Assembly (NCBI GenBank): GCA_965250285.1
Contig: OZ252299.1
Span: 4,256,001 to 4,320,000 of the forward strand
DNA from: Myxococcota bacterium
Lineage (GTDB): Bacteria; Myxococcota_A; UBA9160; UBA4427
DNA: 64,000 nucleotides
Reading direction: 5' to 3'
A program made the translations under genes and the position numbers. Of this stretch, positions 46,293-55,402 are shown piece by piece; position 1 is the stretch's first letter, and each line of letters starts with the position of its first letter. Below the pieces are notes generated by a model, which saw only the letters and a list, made by a program, of their open reading frames with translations, was not told the DNA's origin and did no database searches.

Positions 46293-47669
46293 ATGAGCGA
46301 CGGCGAAGAGAAGCACATCGACATCAGCCGAAACGACATGAGCCGCGCCGCGCGCCGCATCACGTCGTTGGTCGCGCGCGCCACCACATCGGAGCGACGC
46401 AAGAAGCTGATGGATGGTGTGCGCGAGCAGCTGCGCAGGTGGCGCGGCGAGCCGCACCGCGTCGTCTACTTCCACGAGGTCGGTGACCCCTACAGCCACC
46501 TCGCAGCACAAGCCCTGGCGCCGCTCGCCGCGCACTACGAGATCGAGATCGAGCCGCGCGTCACGTCGATGGAGACGGGCATCAACCGACCCGAGCCCAC
46601 GATGCTCGACCGGCACGCCCGGGTCGATTGTGCGCTGGTCGCCCCTCACTACGGCCTGCAGTTTCCCGAGAACGCCGCCGCGGCCGACCCCGAACTCGTA
46701 CGCCGTGGCGAGCGGCTGCTCGTCTCGGTCGAGTCGGGCCCGCTCGACGCGTTCAGCCGGCTTGCCGTCGCGGTCGGCGACGCGGTCTGGGCGGGCGATG
46801 CCGCCGCCCTCGAGGCGCTCGAGCGCGAGGCTGCACCGGCCGACGCGACCCGGACCGACGCACGCACGACCGAGGCCCGGGGACTTCGCGCGAAGCTCGG
46901 CCACTACTCGGGCGCGATGTTCCTCTACGGCGGCGAGTGGTACTGGGGCGTGGATCGCCTGCACCACCTCGAGCGCCGACTGACCGAGCTCGGGGCCGCC
47001 CGCGAAGACGCCTTCGTCTTCGGCCGACCGCCCCTCGAGACCGACGAAGTCGAGCGGGCGAGCGAGATGACGCTCGAGATCTTCCCGTCGCTGCGCAGCC
47101 CCTACTCGGCCATCGGCTACGAGCCCGCGCTCGATCTCGCGAAGGCGACGGGCATCGGGCGCACGACCCGGCCCGTGCTGCCCATGGTGATGCGGGGCGT
47201 GCCCGCGTCGCTGACCAAGGGGCTCTACATCATGCGCGACACCCGCCGCGAGGCGGCCGCGCTCGGGATGCCCTTCGGCCGCAGCGTCGATCCGATCGGC
47301 GAGCCGGTGAGACGGGCCTTCTCGCTCTGGCCCTGGGCGCAGTCGAAGGGTCGAGGCGAGGCGCTGCTCGTGCACTTCATGCGCGCGGCCTGGGCCGAGG
47401 CCGTCGATACGAGTGGCGAGGCCGGGCTGCGGAGCGTGATCGAGCGCGCCGGCCTCGACTGGGCCGAGGCGCGCGGGCGGATCGGCGACCCCGCCTGGGA
47501 GGCCGAGCTCGAGGCGAACCGACGGATGATGATCGACGAGATGGGCGAGTGGGGCGTGCCCAGCTTTCGTCTCAAGGGCCCGTCGGGCGAGCCCGACTTC
47601 ATCGTCTGGGGCCAGGATCGGCTCTGGCTGCTCTCGCGCGAGATCCAGCGGCGGGGCCGAGCCCAGTGA
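46293..47669 (+). CDS. Tandem DsbA-like / 2-hydroxychromene-2-carboxylate isomerase family protein
   Basis: Two repeats: DPYSHL...WYWGVDRL and RSPYSA...WGVPSF...WGQDRL; GGAGG RBS. Confidence 0.85.
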   Translation: MSDGEEKHIDISRNDMSRAARRITSLVARATTSERRKKLMDGVREQLRRWRGEPHRVVYFHEVGDPYSHLAAQALAPLAAHYEIEIEPRVTSMETGINRPEPTMLDRHARVDCALVAPHYGLQFPENAAAADPELVRRGERLLVSVESGPLDAFSRLAVAVGDAVWAGDAAALEALEREAAPADATRTDARTTEARGLRAKLGHYSGAMFLYGGEWYWGVDRLHHLERRLTELGAAREDAFVFGRPPLETDEVERASEMTLEIFPSLRSPYSAIGYEPALDLAKATGIGRTTRPVLPMVMRGVPASLTKGLYIMRDTRREAAALGMPFGRSVDPIGEPVRRAFSLWPWAQSKGRGEALLVHFMRAAWAEAVDTSGEAGLRSVIERAGLDWAEARGRIGDPAWEAELEANRRMMIDEMGEWGVPSFRLKGPSGEPDFIVWGQDRLWLLSREIQRRGRAQ

Positions 47670-47827
47670 ATGCGGGTTCGAGGCCGGTCTCGGTGCGCCC
47701 TGCCCCCGACCGCAGCGTTTGAGCGCACCGGCCGAAGTTTCGCGTTCCGGGCCTTGCATCCCTCGCCGCTGCCTTAAACTCCACCGCCCCGATCGCCGTA
47801 CGTGCGCCCGGCAACAGGAGAATCGCC

Positions 47828-48259
47828 ATGCCCATCCAGCACATCGTTGCCCCCGTCGACTTCTCGCCGGCCTCGCGCCGCGCCTTCGACGCGGCGATGG
47901 AGCTCGCCGTCGCCACTGGCGCGAAGATCGATCTCGTTCACGCCATCGAGGTGCTCACCTACCGGGGTGTCCAGTACCAGGAGGTCCTCAAGACCGGCAC
48001 GATGGAGGACGAGCGCACGCGGGCCACCGAAGAGCTCGAAGAGTGGGCCGACATCGCGCGACAGAAGAACGTCGACATCACGTGCAAGATCCTCGACGGC
48101 GACAGCCGCGGCGCGATCGTCGACCACGCGAGCCACGTCAAGGCCGACGTCATCGTGATCGGTGCGAAGGGCCACTCCCGGCTGCACGACATTCTCGTCG
48201 GCAGCGTGGCGATGTCGGTGATGCACGCCGCGCACTGCTCGGTCTACCTGGTGCGCTGA
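47828..48259 (+). CDS. Universal stress protein
   Basis: IVAPVDFS, IVIGAKG, LVGSVA, CSVYLV; AGGAG RBS. Confidence 0.93.
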   Translation: MPIQHIVAPVDFSPASRRAFDAAMELAVATGAKIDLVHAIEVLTYRGVQYQEVLKTGTMEDERTRATEELEEWADIARQKNVDITCKILDGDSRGAIVDHASHVKADVIVIGAKGHSRLHDILVGSVAMSVMHAAHCSVYLVR

Positions 48260-48301
48260 AGGCGTCACCCATCGGGCGGCCGCGGCGCCAAGACCGCGGC
48301 A

Positions 48302-49288
48302 TCAGACGTGATTGCGGAGCATCAGCTCCTTGGGATGCGGGTCGAGGTGGACCTGCCCCTGCAAGTACTCGATCTCATACAACCGCACGTAGTGGCGGAT
48401 CAGCGTGATCGGCACCGAGAGCGGCACGAGCCCCTGGCGATAGTCCTCGATCACCTCGGCGAGCTCGGCTCGTGAAGCCGCATCGAGCTGCTTCTTCAGA
48501 TAGCCCGCCGCGTGCTGCAGGACGTTCGTCTGGCGGCCCGGCGTGGCGATCCGCTCGAGCGCAGACATGAACTCGTCGACATAGGCCGAGACGAACGCCT
48601 CGCGGTCCATGGATGCGTGCTCGGCGACGAGCCGACCGAGTGAGCGATACGCCTCGGGCGAGTGCGCCATCAGGTGCAGCTTCTGAGCGGTATGGAACGC
48701 GAACATGTCGCCCGCAGTCCAGTCGCTCGAGAAGTGCGCTTGCAATCGGTGATAGGCGAAGACGCGCTCGATGAAGTTCTCTCTCAGGGGCGCGTCGTTG
48801 AGCCGCCCCTCCTCTTCGACGGGCAGGTTCGGCTGCGAACGCATCAGCGCCTGGGCGAAGAGCCCTACCCCATCGCGATTCGGCATCGCGTTCTCCGAGT
48901 ACAGCTTCACCCGCGTCATGCCGCAGCTGGGCGAATCCTTCTTCAGGATGAAGCCCGACAGGTTGGCCTTCTCGAGTGCGGCGACGCGTTCGTCGGCGAA
49001 GCGAAGGAGCTGTTCGGTCCGATCGATTCCGCTCTGGGTCTCGACCATGCGCACCTCGTCGCCTTCGCTCCGCACGAGGCGCAGCGCGGGTCGCGGCGTC
49101 GGCATGCCCGACTCGACCTCGGGGCAGACCGGAACGAACTCGACGAAACGCTCCAGCTCGTCGGTCACGAAGCGCGATCGCTTGTGTCCGCCATCGAAGC
49201 GGACGGGACGGCCAAGCAGACAGGCCGAGACGCCGACGCGGATCGGCGCCGCCGGGTCTCGGGAGATGTCGGTGGCCGCGTTCGTCAA
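48302..49288 (-). CDS. DUF523-DUF1722 (YbgA-like) protein
   Basis: GVSACLLG..VRFDGGHK, CPEV, KKDSPSCG, EEEGRL, LMLRNHV. Confidence 0.92.
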   Translation of the reverse strand: MTNAATDISRDPAAPIRVGVSACLLGRPVRFDGGHKRSRFVTDELERFVEFVPVCPEVESGMPTPRPALRLVRSEGDEVRMVETQSGIDRTEQLLRFADERVAALEKANLSGFILKKDSPSCGMTRVKLYSENAMPNRDGVGLFAQALMRSQPNLPVEEEGRLNDAPLRENFIERVFAYHRLQAHFSSDWTAGDMFAFHTAQKLHLMAHSPEAYRSLGRLVAEHASMDREAFVSAYVDEFMSALERIATPGRQTNVLQHAAGYLKKQLDAASRAELAEVIEDYRQGLVPLSVPITLIRHYVRLYEIEYLQGQVHLDPHPKELMLRNHV

Positions 49289-49839
49289 ACAGCCGCTCCT
49301 GCGACCATCGCGTTGATGCGAGCGACCTCTTCGAGGTCGGGGTGGTCTGCTGCGTGCTGTACGTCGTGCACCCAGTGGATCTCGTGGCCGCGCGTGAGCA
49401 TGACGCCCGGCATTCGCCAGATGTCGCCCGAGCGCGGACCGTTCGTGTGCCCCTTGTCAGCGGCGCGCTTGCGCGCGCGCCAGACCGGCGGGCCGAGGTT
49501 CTTCAGCAGACCGCCGCGGGTCACTCCGAACGCATCGTAGAGCTCTCCGGTCGGATCGGCGACCGCGCGCACCTCGGGCCAGTAGCGTCGCAGGAAGGCG
49601 CGCCCTTCCATGGGCGTCCCCTGAAAGAAGAAGAGCGTCCGCGGGAAAGATTCGATCTCACCGGTCGCCTCGCGAATGTCCGCGATGGCCTCGCGACAGA
49701 AGATGCAACCGAAGTGGCGCAGAAAGACGAAGAGCGTCGTCTCGTCTCCCAGCTGATCCCGCAGCCGACCTGGCGACAGGTTCATGCCCGTGACGACGAA
49801 GTCGAGCGCCTGCTCGGGGATGGGGCGGCTCTGCTCCAA
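49285..49839 (-). CDS. Peroxiredoxin-like/thioredoxin-fold redox protein (AhpC-TSA_2 type)
   Basis: FLRHFGCIFCRE CxxC, ADP..LYDAFG, MPG, ADHPD; TTG start after GAGGGAG. Confidence 0.8.
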   Translation of the reverse strand: MEQSRPIPEQALDFVVTGMNLSPGRLRDQLGDETTLFVFLRHFGCIFCREAIADIREATGEIESFPRTLFFFQGTPMEGRAFLRRYWPEVRAVADPTGELYDAFGVTRGGLLKNLGPPVWRARKRAADKGHTNGPRSGDIWRMPGVMLTRGHEIHWVHDVQHAADHPDLEEVARINAMVAGAAV

Positions 49840-49919
49840 TGCGTCTCCCTCGACTTCGTTGGGAATGTGATCGAACTCGAACGCGGCACCCCGCTCGAAG
49901 CGGCTGAATCGTGCGTCGA

Positions 49920-50699
49920 TCATGATGCCACTGCCGCCGGCTGTCGGGTACGGCCCGGATGGCTGTGAAACCGCGCTCCCTTCCACTTCAGGACCAGCGC
50001 GTGCCAGTAGATGCCAACCGCCACCGAAAGGGTCATGAGAGGCGTCCGCATCAGGGCCGATGCGAGCGACCGGCCCGTGATGGCTTCGCGGCGCAGCGAG
50101 ACCGCCGCCTGAAACACGGCGACGTCGTCGGCGTCTCGGCTCTCGATGCCGAGCCCGAGCCGCTCGCCCGGCACCTGAACTCGCCAGAGATAGCGCTGGT
50201 CCATCGGCATGAAGGGCGAGACGTGGAACTCCTTGGGCTGCTCGACCCGCCCGGCCTGGTCGGCGCCATCGACGGAGCGAAGGTCGAGCACGTAGCAGTG
50301 CGTCTCGTCCCAGGGCGTGTTCGTCACTTCGGCGACCAGAGCCTCGAGGGTCTCGCCGTCTTCGGCGTAGCAGTAGAAGAAGCTCACGGGATTCATCCGG
50401 AAGCCGGCGACACGGAGGTTCGTCAGCAGCCGAACCGGCCCGAGTGAGCGCGGGCCGAGCCGCTCGCGCACGAGGTTGCGCACGCTGTCGGCCAGCGGCT
50501 CGCTCGGATCACCGAGATGATCCTCTCTACGAAACCGGCTCCAGGCCCGCCGCTTCGTCGACCACAGCCAGCGCCCGGCGAAGACTGCGTCGAGCTCGTC
50601 GAGGTCGAGCCACGCCATGTAGATGCGGCGTTCGAACCGGTGCTCGAAGGGCTCGATGCGGCGATGCATCACCCGGCCGACGTAGAGCGCGCTGTTCAC
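49920..50699 (-). CDS. DUF1365 family protein (UfaO-like)
   Basis: G.VMHRR, NPVSFFYC, AEVTNTPW, KEFHVSPFM, IYWHAL.L..KG; GTGA overlap. Confidence 0.92.
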   Translation of the reverse strand: MNSALYVGRVMHRRIEPFEHRFERRIYMAWLDLDELDAVFAGRWLWSTKRRAWSRFRREDHLGDPSEPLADSVRNLVRERLGPRSLGPVRLLTNLRVAGFRMNPVSFFYCYAEDGETLEALVAEVTNTPWDETHCYVLDLRSVDGADQAGRVEQPKEFHVSPFMPMDQRYLWRVQVPGERLGLGIESRDADDVAVFQAAVSLRREAITGRSLASALMRTPLMTLSVAVGIYWHALVLKWKGARFHSHPGRTRQPAAVAS

Positions 50700-51943
50700 G
50701 ACGGCCACTCGACGCCGAGATCGCGGCACACGCGCAGCGCGCTCTTGACCCCGTCTTCGTGAAAGCCGTAGCTCCAGTAGGCGCCACAGAAGTGGGTTCG
50801 ATCGACCCCCGAGATGCGCGCGTGCAGCTGCTGGGCACGGATCGCGTCGCCGTCGAAGACCGGGTGGTCGTAGACGAAGCGCTGCAGCACCTTGCGCTCG
50901 TCGATGCGGCCGCCATCGTTCAGCGTCACGAGGAAACGGTGCTGGGTGGGCAGCGACTGCAGCCGGGTCATGTCGTACGTCACGAGCACTCGGCCCGGGT
51001 CTTCGTCGGTCACGCGGTAGTTCCAGCTCGCCCGAGCGCGCTCTCGCTTCGCGAGCACGCTCTCGTCGGTGTGGAGTACGACGTCGTTGCGCTGATAGCC
51101 GATCGACGACAGCACCTTTCGTTCGACGGGGTCGGCGTCGCCCAGCATCGCGAGGGCCTGGTCGCTGTGGCAGGCGAAGATCACGTGGTCGTAGGCCGCG
51201 CTCCCCTCCTTCGAGTGGATCTCGACGCCGGCCTCCTGCCGCATCACGCGGCGAACCGGATCGGCGAGACGCACGTGGCCGCCGAAGCGAGCGGCCAGCA
51301 CATCGACGTACGAGCTCGAGCCGCCGCGCAGTACGCGCCAGCGCAGCGACGGCTTCGTCGACAGCAACCCGTGATTGCGAAAGAAGCGGACGAAGGTCGT
51401 CGCCGGAAAATCGAGGAACCGCGACGGGTCGGTCGACCAGATCGCTGCACCCATCGGCACGACGTAGTGCTTCACGAACGCCTCGCCATAGCCGGCGCCG
51501 CAGAGGTAGTCGCCGAGGGTCACCTTCTCGTCGCCGGCGGCGATCAGGGCCTGCGCGTCACGATTGAAGCGCAGAATGTCGCGCACCATGCCTCGGAAGG
51601 AAGGCCGAAAGACGTTGGTCGGCTGCGCGAACACGTTGGCGAGCGTACCACTCGCCCACTCGCGACCCGTGCGCTCACAGCTCATACCAAAGCTCATGTC
51701 GCTGCGCTGGGTGTCGACGCCGAGCTCGTCGAGCAGCCGCACGAAGTTCGGGTACGTCGTCTCGTTGTAGACGATGAAGCCCGTGTCGACCCGGTGGCGT
51801 TCTCCGAAGGCATCGACATCGACGGTGTGCGTGTGCCCACCGAGGCGCGGCTCCGATTCATAGAGGGTCACCTCGTGCTCGCGCTGCAAGACGTGCGCAC
51901 ACATGAGCCCGGAGATGCCACTGCCAATGATGCCGACTCTCAC
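50696..51943 (-). CDS. FAD-dependent oxidoreductase COG2907 (UfaD-like fatty-acid desaturase)
   Basis: IIGSGISGL, LGGHTHT, VDTGFIVYN..TYPNF, ASWNY, GAYWSYGFHEDG; GTGA overlap. Confidence 0.92.
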   Translation of the reverse strand: MRVGIIGSGISGLMCAHVLQREHEVTLYESEPRLGGHTHTVDVDAFGERHRVDTGFIVYNETTYPNFVRLLDELGVDTQRSDMSFGMSCERTGREWASGTLANVFAQPTNVFRPSFRGMVRDILRFNRDAQALIAAGDEKVTLGDYLCGAGYGEAFVKHYVVPMGAAIWSTDPSRFLDFPATTFVRFFRNHGLLSTKPSLRWRVLRGGSSSYVDVLAARFGGHVRLADPVRRVMRQEAGVEIHSKEGSAAYDHVIFACHSDQALAMLGDADPVERKVLSSIGYQRNDVVLHTDESVLAKRERARASWNYRVTDEDPGRVLVTYDMTRLQSLPTQHRFLVTLNDGGRIDERKVLQRFVYDHPVFDGDAIRAQQLHARISGVDRTHFCGAYWSYGFHEDGVKSALRVCRDLGVEWPS

Positions 51944-52983
51944 TTCGCACCCTCCCGCTGACCCATCAAGACATGGGCGACCATCCACTCGTTGCCATCG
52001 TTGAAGCCGAAGAGCTCGGCGCACGCCATGAAGAAGAGCCGCCAACGCACGAACCACACGGCGGCCTGGTCGTCGCCATAGGTCTCGGCGAGCAGCGGCA
52101 TCAGCTCTTTGCGATGGGCGTCGAGGCGCTCGAGCCAGAGGTTGCTCGTGCGCTCGTAGTGGCGACCGTTCACGCGCCACAGCCGCTGCACCGTCAGATC
52201 GCGCTGGCAGCGCAAGAAATAGTCGGTCGACGGCATGATGCCGCCCGAGAAGAAGTGCTTCGCCATGAAGTCACGATCGGATTTCGCCTCGTAGGGGTAG
52301 AGCGTCTCGCGATGGGCGAAGTGGTGCAGAAAGAGCCGACCGTCGGGCTCGAGCCAGCGCGCGACCCGCGAGAGCAGCAGCGGGTGATTGCGCACGTGCT
52401 CGACCATCTCGACGCTGACCACGCGATCGAAACGCAGGTCGGTGTCGAAGCGGTTCACGTCCTCGGTGATCACCTCGATGTTCTCGAGGCCCCGCTGTGC
52501 GGCTCGACCGAGGATGAACTCGCGCTGATCCTTCGAGTTCGACACCGCCACCACCCGAGCGTTGGGGTGACGCCGCGCGATCCACAGCGAGAACGAGCCC
52601 CAGCCACAGCCGAGGTCGAGCACCCGCATGCCGTCCTCGACACCGGCGCGCTTCTCGGTGAGGGCGAGCATTCGCCGCTCCGACTCCTCGAGGCCGGTGT
52701 CTCGCTCGGGGTGCAGACCGCAGCTGTACTTCAGGTGCGGCCCGAGCACGGCCTCGAAGAAGGCCGGCGGCACCTCGTAGTGCTGCTCATTGGCGAGCTC
52801 GGGGACAAGCGCGATCGGGCCCGTCCACCACTCGGTGAGCAGGGCGTGCTCTGCGCGGTCGCGGGCCTCGACGTCGTCGAGGAAGAGTTGGGAGAGCTGG
52901 TCGGCGAGCCGGCGTCGAATGCCGGCCCGAATCAAGGCATCGGGAACGCGGCCCGATTCGACGAGATCCATCGTGTTCATCAC
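51940..52983 (-). CDS. SAM-dependent methyltransferase, CFA-synthase/coclaurine N-methyltransferase-like
   Basis: ANEQHYE, LKYSC, LDLGCGWGS, SVEMVEH, FFSGGIMPS. Confidence 0.92.
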   Translation of the reverse strand: MMNTMDLVESGRVPDALIRAGIRRRLADQLSQLFLDDVEARDRAEHALLTEWWTGPIALVPELANEQHYEVPPAFFEAVLGPHLKYSCGLHPERDTGLEESERRMLALTEKRAGVEDGMRVLDLGCGWGSFSLWIARRHPNARVVAVSNSKDQREFILGRAAQRGLENIEVITEDVNRFDTDLRFDRVVSVEMVEHVRNHPLLLSRVARWLEPDGRLFLHHFAHRETLYPYEAKSDRDFMAKHFFSGGIMPSTDYFLRCQRDLTVQRLWRVNGRHYERTSNLWLERLDAHRKELMPLLAETYGDDQAAVWFVRWRLFFMACAELFGFNDGNEWMVAHVLMGQREGAK

Positions 52984-53588
52984 GCACCTCCAAGGCTCGA
53001 GACGTCGGTCTCGGCAAAGAAGAAGGCCGGCCAGACCAGCGCGTCGAGGACGACGGTCTGCAGGCCGAAGGGAAGGAGTCCAACGAGAGCGAGCCAGCGC
53101 TCGAAGCGCGGGCCGTCACCGGGTCGAAGAACGAGCTCGAAGAGCGCCAGCGTGCCCAGCGCCACGAGTCCCAGATCGAGCCGCACGGTGACCCATGCGA
53201 GGTTCGAGCTCACCTCGAGCATCCAGGCGGTGAGCGGCACCCAGAGCGCCGACGGAATCAGCACCAGCGCGTAGGCGCAGAGCATGCGTCGCCCGAACTG
53301 ATCGACGTCGCCCGACGCGTCGGCGCGGTGCAGTCGGCGCGCCGCGACGGCCGAGAAGCAGAAGTAGCCGGCGGCCGCGAGGAACATGTTCGTCGTGTAG
53401 AGGGGCCGCAGCGCATCGGGCACGCCGCCCCAGAGCGCAGCGCCGACGCCAGGGGCCTGGACGCCCCAGACGTAGCTCCCGAGCACCGCCGAACCACCGA
53501 TGACATTCAGGGCGACGAACCGTACGAGGGTGCCGGAGCGGCGCTGCGCGGGAGCGCGCGTATCGAGCGGCTGGGTCGTCGAGCTCAT
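52980..53588 (-). CDS. Hypothetical membrane protein (about 5 TM)
   Basis: Hydrophobic segments; overlaps both neighbours by 4 nt; start MSSTTQ. Confidence 0.7.
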   Translation of the reverse strand: MSSTTQPLDTRAPAQRRSGTLVRFVALNVIGGSAVLGSYVWGVQAPGVGAALWGGVPDALRPLYTTNMFLAAAGYFCFSAVAARRLHRADASGDVDQFGRRMLCAYALVLIPSALWVPLTAWMLEVSSNLAWVTVRLDLGLVALGTLALFELVLRPGDGPRFERWLALVGLLPFGLQTVVLDALVWPAFFFAETDVSSLGGA

Positions 53589-54232
53589 TTGACGTCCTCC
53601 AGCAGCTTGCTTCGAAGCTTGCGGTCGAAGGGCTCCTCGCCGAGCCAGATGCCGAACATCGCGCGGGCGAACGGCTCGCCTGCGACGACGCCGCGCGCGA
53701 TGCCGTTCTTGGTGAGCTCGGTGCCGACGCCCGGCACGTACGTGATCGCGTATCGATCCCCGGGCTCGACGTCTTCGTAGAGGGCGTTCAGCGCCTCGAT
53801 CGAGGGCTCGAGTGCCGCGTACTCGGCGGGGGTCACATTGCGCGCGATCCGCTCGCGCGTCATGCGCCGGAACATGCGGGCCGGAATCGACAGGAACGTC
53901 TGAAGCTCGAGGCGCTTCGGGGCGTCGGCCTCGATCACTTGCGCAGCGGTCCGCGTCTGAGGCTCGGCCGCAGGGTCGACATAGAGCGCCATCGCGTACA
54001 GCTTGATGAAGACGCGGTAGCGGTGGAGACCGAGCCCCTTGATCTCGAGTGAACGGCCGCCGGCCTCGCTCCGATCGGCGAACGCGACGCCCGAGACTTC
54101 GTACGCCGCGCGAGCTTCGGATGAGCCCGCGAGCACGAGCACCCACAGCAGCGCCGCGGCCACCGCCCCAGCACGGCTCCTGCGGCGGGCCGATCGCCGG
54201 ATCTCGCTCGTGCTGTCCAGATCGGGGTGCAT
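53585..54232 (-). CDS. Chalcone-isomerase-fold (Chalcone_3) periplasmic protein
   Basis: Signal peptide; G.G..R..FIKLYAMALY, DVEPGDRY, FGIWLG..P...LRSKLL. Confidence 0.85.
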   Translation of the reverse strand: MHPDLDSTSEIRRSARRRSRAGAVAAALLWVLVLAGSSEARAAYEVSGVAFADRSEAGGRSLEIKGLGLHRYRVFIKLYAMALYVDPAAEPQTRTAAQVIEADAPKRLELQTFLSIPARMFRRMTRERIARNVTPAEYAALEPSIEALNALYEDVEPGDRYAITYVPGVGTELTKNGIARGVVAGEPFARAMFGIWLGEEPFDRKLRSKLLEDVK

Positions 54233-54289
54233 GATTGTCGGATCTCCTGGGGCGCCGAACGGCGAAAAGCGTGCCCCCCTCTCGTCGAG

Positions 54290-54423
54290 CTGTCAAGATA
54301 TTTCCTTGACAGGACTTCGAGAAAATCTGGACTAAAATGACTTTCCCCTTTATTTTCGAGACCCAATCTCGATCTTGTACGGGACAAAAATCCGTAAATC
54401 CGGATTTTTATGTGGACATGTCC
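54290..54423. promoter_or_regulatory. AT-rich divergent control region with three palindromes
   Basis: CTGTCAAG-N7-CTTGACAG (54290-54312, gives TTGACA on both strands); AAAAATCCG-N6-CGGATTTTT (54386-54409); GGACATGTCC (54414-54423). Confidence 0.65.
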
Positions 54424-54447
54424 TGAATCCGTCCTATCTTGTGCGCC

Positions 54448-55371
54448 ATGGCACACGAAGAATCCGAGACGATCGAGATGACCTACCCGCTTCGCGCGGC
54501 GTCCCGCATCACGGGTCTGTCCGCGGAGCTTCTCCGAGCCTGGGAGCGCCGATACGGCGTGGTCGTGCCCATGCGCACGCCGGGCGGCACACGTCGCTAC
54601 CGCGCTGCCGACCTCGAGCGGCTCCGCCTGGTCAAGGCCGCCGTCGACGCGGGGCACCGCATTGGCCGCGTGTCGGAGATGAGCGACCACGAGCTGCGCG
54701 CGGCCGCCCAGCCCGAGTCGGTCCTACCCAAGAACCAGGCCCACCTCGAAGAGATCATGGTCGCCCTCGAGCAGCTCGACACGGTCGAGACGCAGCGCCT
54801 GCTCTCGCTGCAGCTGTCGGCGCTCGGCCCGGTGCGCTTCTCACGCCAGATCGCGAAGCCGCTCGTGTGTGAGATCGGCGAACGCTGGAGCCGGGGCGAG
54901 CTCTCGATCGCGTCGGAGCACATGGCGACCGCCGTGCTGCGATCGATGTTCGGCGCCGCGCTTCAGCCGACGGCCGCGACCGCGATGGGGCCGCGCATCC
55001 TCTTCGCGACGCCGCCCGGCGAGCGCCACGAGCTCGGCCTGCAGATGGCAGCACTGACGGCCATGGGCGCGGGCGCACAGGCCATCTATCTCGGGGCCGA
55101 TCTCCCGACCGACGAGCTCGTCCGCGCCATCGAGCGCACCCGGGCGGTCGGCGTCGGCGTCAGCCTCGTCACCCTCGACGTGGCCGATGCCATCGCCGCG
55201 CTCCGCGAGCTCGAGGCCACGGTGCCCGCACCGGTGCATGTGTGGGCAGGCGGGCGACTCGCCCGCGAGATCGACCTCCCGAACCGCGTCGAGCTGATCG
55301 AGAGCCTCGAGGATTTCGAGCGCCGCATCTCGCTGCTCGGGTACGACAAGGCGAGCGTGATCCGCCGCTAG
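54448..55371 (+). CDS. carH: MerR-family cobalamin-binding regulator (CarH/LitR-like photoreceptor)
   Basis: LRAWERRYG..P.RT.GG.RRY MerR HTH; W-x9-EH (WSRGELSIASEH); GERHELG and YLGADLP B12-binding motifs. Confidence 0.88.
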   Translation: MAHEESETIEMTYPLRAASRITGLSAELLRAWERRYGVVVPMRTPGGTRRYRAADLERLRLVKAAVDAGHRIGRVSEMSDHELRAAAQPESVLPKNQAHLEEIMVALEQLDTVETQRLLSLQLSALGPVRFSRQIAKPLVCEIGERWSRGELSIASEHMATAVLRSMFGAALQPTAATAMGPRILFATPPGERHELGLQMAALTAMGAGAQAIYLGADLPTDELVRAIERTRAVGVGVSLVTLDVADAIAALRELEATVPAPVHVWAGGRLAREIDLPNRVELIESLEDFERRISLLGYDKASVIRR

Positions 55372-55375
55372 ATTC

Positions 55376-55398
55376 GCGCCGGGCCGAGGGCCCGGCGC
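55376..55398. terminator. GC hairpin between convergent genes
   Basis: GCGCCGGGCC-GAG-GGCCCGGCGC; no U tract. Confidence 0.45.
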
Positions 55399-55402
55399 AG
55401 CC

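Noticed and set aside
49285..49839. Selenoprotein (SelL-like) or UGA read-through
   Set aside because: The motif is plain CxxC with no in-frame TGA; the molybdopterin enzyme also reads through without one
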